61,663 nucleotides of DNA from Coniocarpon cinnabarinum (lineage: Eukaryota). The position numbers were made by a program, and so were the translations under genes. The stretch's first letter is position 1; each line of letters starts with the position of its first letter. The stretch lies in NCBI GenBank assembly GCA_051942205.1, contig JAVECO010000054.1, forward strand, positions 62,001 to 123,663. Reading direction: 5' to 3'. This document shows, piece by piece, positions 58,761 to 61,663 of the stretch. The notes beneath the pieces are model-generated. The model was given only the letters and a program-made list of their open reading frames with translations. It did no database searches and was not told the origin of the DNA.

Positions 58761-61663
58761 ACTAGAGTATCTGCTAAGATAGCTCCTTACTAAGAGTTAC
58801 CTCCTAGTAGCTAGTAGACCGCTACTTAGCTAAACAATCCCTAGAACTTCTAGTACGTAGTTACTATTAATTCTAATTAAGTTTTTTAAATACTCTAGTA
58901 ATTCTAGTAACCTCTAGCCTAAGTCCTAGTTTAATAGCTAGTATTAGGTATCTAAGACCTAGTTTAGGCCCTATAGACCCTCTAGACAAAGCAAATACCT
59001 TAAAAATCTATAAAGCTTCTAGATCCTAAATTATTTGATAGCTAGTAAAGGAATCTTAAGCTATTTATTATAGTATTATTAAATAAACTAGCGTAGAATA
59101 CTAACTACTTCTAGAATAAGGCCTTAAAAGTTTAATATACCTACTTACGCCTATTATCTAACGCTATAGTATATATAGTAAACAACTTTTAATATCTTAT
59201 AGATCCTAGTATCTAGCCTTTAATTATAATAATTTTATAGTTTATTAAGCTTCTTTAATATTACTTTAATAACCTAAACTATAAAGAGGCTATAAGCAAG
59301 AAAATTATATTAATCTAGTAAAAGAACCGCTTCTTTTTTAAATACTTAGCTAAATTTAAAAAGGCTCTAGTTAATTTAAAATTTACTTAGTACTAAGATC
59401 TAGTAATAGACTTTTTAAAGATAGGCTATAGTTAAGAGCTTTACTAAGCTTTTATTACTTTAGACCTTTTAGACTACTACTAGGATTTTATTACTCTTTA
59501 CTAAAAAATTAACGTTTAAATTTAGTAGGAATATTAGGTTTAAGCCTTCTAGAGGTAAATTAGCCCTATCTAGGCCCTAAACTGTTCCTAATCTATTTCT
59601 AGTATAGCCCTAGTTTGCACCGCTCCTACTCCTTCGCTAAAGCTATAGTTCCTAGTCTCTTAGCCTAGTAGTAAGAAGATAGTATTCTAAGGAGGTAACT
59701 GTATAGACTTAGACAATTAAGCTTAGTAAAAGGGCCTAGATAGCCGCCTTACCTAAGCTACTTAAGACACTCGCCTAGTATTAGATAATTATCTTTATTA
59801 TAATTAACTAGGTTATATTATAATTTATTGTTCTTTTAGTATAAACGTCTAAGTATCTGCTATATCTCCTTCTTCTAGGTTCTAGTTCGCTACTAACTAA
59901 ACTCTAGATACTAGCCTAGTCTCTTCTCTCTAGTATAAAGAATAATTAAAAGAGTAGCCCTTACTAAAAGTTATAGGTAAGGGCCTATATATAAGAAATT
60001 TACCTAACTAGTTAAATCTATTAATTCTAAACTTTAAATAGATCTTTAAGTAAATAAGTATCTATTTATCTTAGTTATAGCTACTAGTAGACTAATTAAT
60101 ACTCTTTTTAATATAGAAGCCTTAAAATTTGCTTTTATTAATATTTCTCTTATATAATCTCTTTAAGATATTTTATTTTATAAGCTTCTTTATTTAGTTA
60201 CTATTTATAACTTTAAGAAAGCCCCCTTATTTAAGATTATCTATACTATAGTCTTTTAACTATTAGTTTTGTATTATTAGGAGCTCCTAGCAGCCTTTAT
60301 CCTCCTAATCTTAAAGTAGCTACTTATCCTAGGCCTCCTCTAGATTAAAAAGTATTAACTAATTACTAATTTTAGATAAAAAGAAATTACTTTTAGACTC
60401 CTCTATATTAAGCGGTAGTATTATAAGTTTAAGATAATAGTAGCTTATTATTAGAATTAAAAGCGCTAGTTGCCTACTACTAAGTTAATATCTAAATAAC
60501 TCTAGACTACCTCTATCTCTATCTCTATTTAGACTACTAAATCCTAAGTACCCTAGTCTCTATAGTAGCCGCCTAAGCCTCTAGCTCTTAGCCTATACAC
60601 TACTACCTTTACCTAAGAAGCCTACTAAAAAGACGCTTAGCTCTTTGCCCTTAGTCTCTAAGATATCGACTAGCTTCTAGACTAGGATACTATACGCTAG
60701 AATATTTAATTTATATAGGTAGGAAATACGTCTATACAAATTCCTAAAGATGTAGACCTATAAGACTTTTTACCTAAGAAGTACTAGAACTTCCTAGACG
60801 TTTTTAACTATTATAAAGCTAAAGAACTACTACTATACCGCGTTAAAGACTATACTATCTAGTTATAGCCTAATAAAGAGCCTTCTAATTATAAGATCTA
60901 TCCTATAAACTAGGAACAACTTAAAGCCTTATAGAAGTACTTAAAGAAAGAGTTAGAAAAAGGCTTTATCTATGTCTCTTACTTACCTACTATAGTACTA
61001 GTTTTATTTATTTAAAAGAGTAATAGAGATCTCTACTTTTATGTTAACTACTAAGGCCTTAATAAAGTTATTATTAAGAACTACTACCTATTACCCCTAG
61101 TTACTAAGACCCTAGACTGCCTATTAAAGGCTTAATACTATATAAAGCTTAATATTATTTTAGTATTTAATAAGCTTTAAATTTAAGAGGGAGATAAGTA
61201 GAAAACTACCTTTTTAATACGCTATAGTCTATTTAAGTACCTAGTTATGCCCTTTAGTCTCTATAATAGTCTAGCATCTTTTTAAGCCTATATTAATAAG
61301 GCTTTATATAGCTTTCTTAATATCTTTTATATAGCTTATATAGATAATATTCTTATCTATAGCTTAAGCCTCTAGGAATACTAATAGTATATATAAAAAG
61401 TTCTATAAAGACTTTATAAATTAGGCCTATAAGTTAATATTTTAAAGTATAAGTTTAACGCCTAAGAAGTCTAATACCTAGGACTTATTATTAGTACCTA
61501 AGATATTTATATAGATCTAAAAAAGGTTGCTATAGTTGTATAATAGCCTATTCCTAGCTTAGTTAAAGACGTCTAAGGCTTTCTTAGCTTTATAAACTTC
61601 TACTATTAATTTATTCCTAAGTTTTTAAAGATTATAAAGCCTATAATAGAGCTTATAAAGAAG

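Larger units (their letters stand above)
58026..61663 (+). mobile_element. Ty3/gypsy LTR retrotransposon, RIP-inactivated, truncated by window end
   Basis: Reversing C>T/G>A changes recovers a gag CX2CX4HX4C knuckle (59790-59831), protease LFDTGAS-like (~60101-60125), RT motifs LRFCVDYRGLN, YPLP, KTAF.TRYGLFEYLVMPFGL and the YxDD box (reads AYIDNILIYS at 61334-61363). Confidence 0.93.

Noticed and set aside
1..61663. tRNA, rRNA, snRNA, telomerase template, TPP riboswitch, CRISPR array, secondary-metabolite cluster
   Set aside because: No diagnostic motifs found by eye; no PKS/NRPS/terpene backbone gene near the AsaB-like enzyme or ABC transporter

Overview
Eukaryotic DNA from a filamentous ascomycete (Pezizomycotina; short GT-AG introns with CTRAY branch points, RIP-mutated repeats). 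Positions 1-56.9 kb are a compact gene-rich core region with about 23 spliced or intronless genes: CCT3, a PTH11-like membrane protein, a UBE2O-like E2, COG8, a secreted aldose 1-epimerase, an AtrF-like PDR transporter, an AsaB/CmcJ-like enzyme, an EAF protein, mitochondrial SerRS, a TLC protein, SNF12, an amidohydrolase, MRPS28, RPS0, RPC17, NOP58, VMA6, HUB1, a GH27 alpha-galactosidase and several hypotheticals. From ~57 kb to the end is an AT-rich, RIP-destroyed block containing a Ty3/gypsy LTR retrotransposon. I could not establish a new multi-gene system. The best leads are at the RNA-processing level: a probable structured intron in the RPS0 3' UTR, several non-YAG (AAG/GAG) splice acceptors required by conserved protein motifs, oversized introns with internal signals, and a possible zero-nucleotide exon in an orphan gene at the RIP border. 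All gene models and motif assignments were made by eye, with no database searches.
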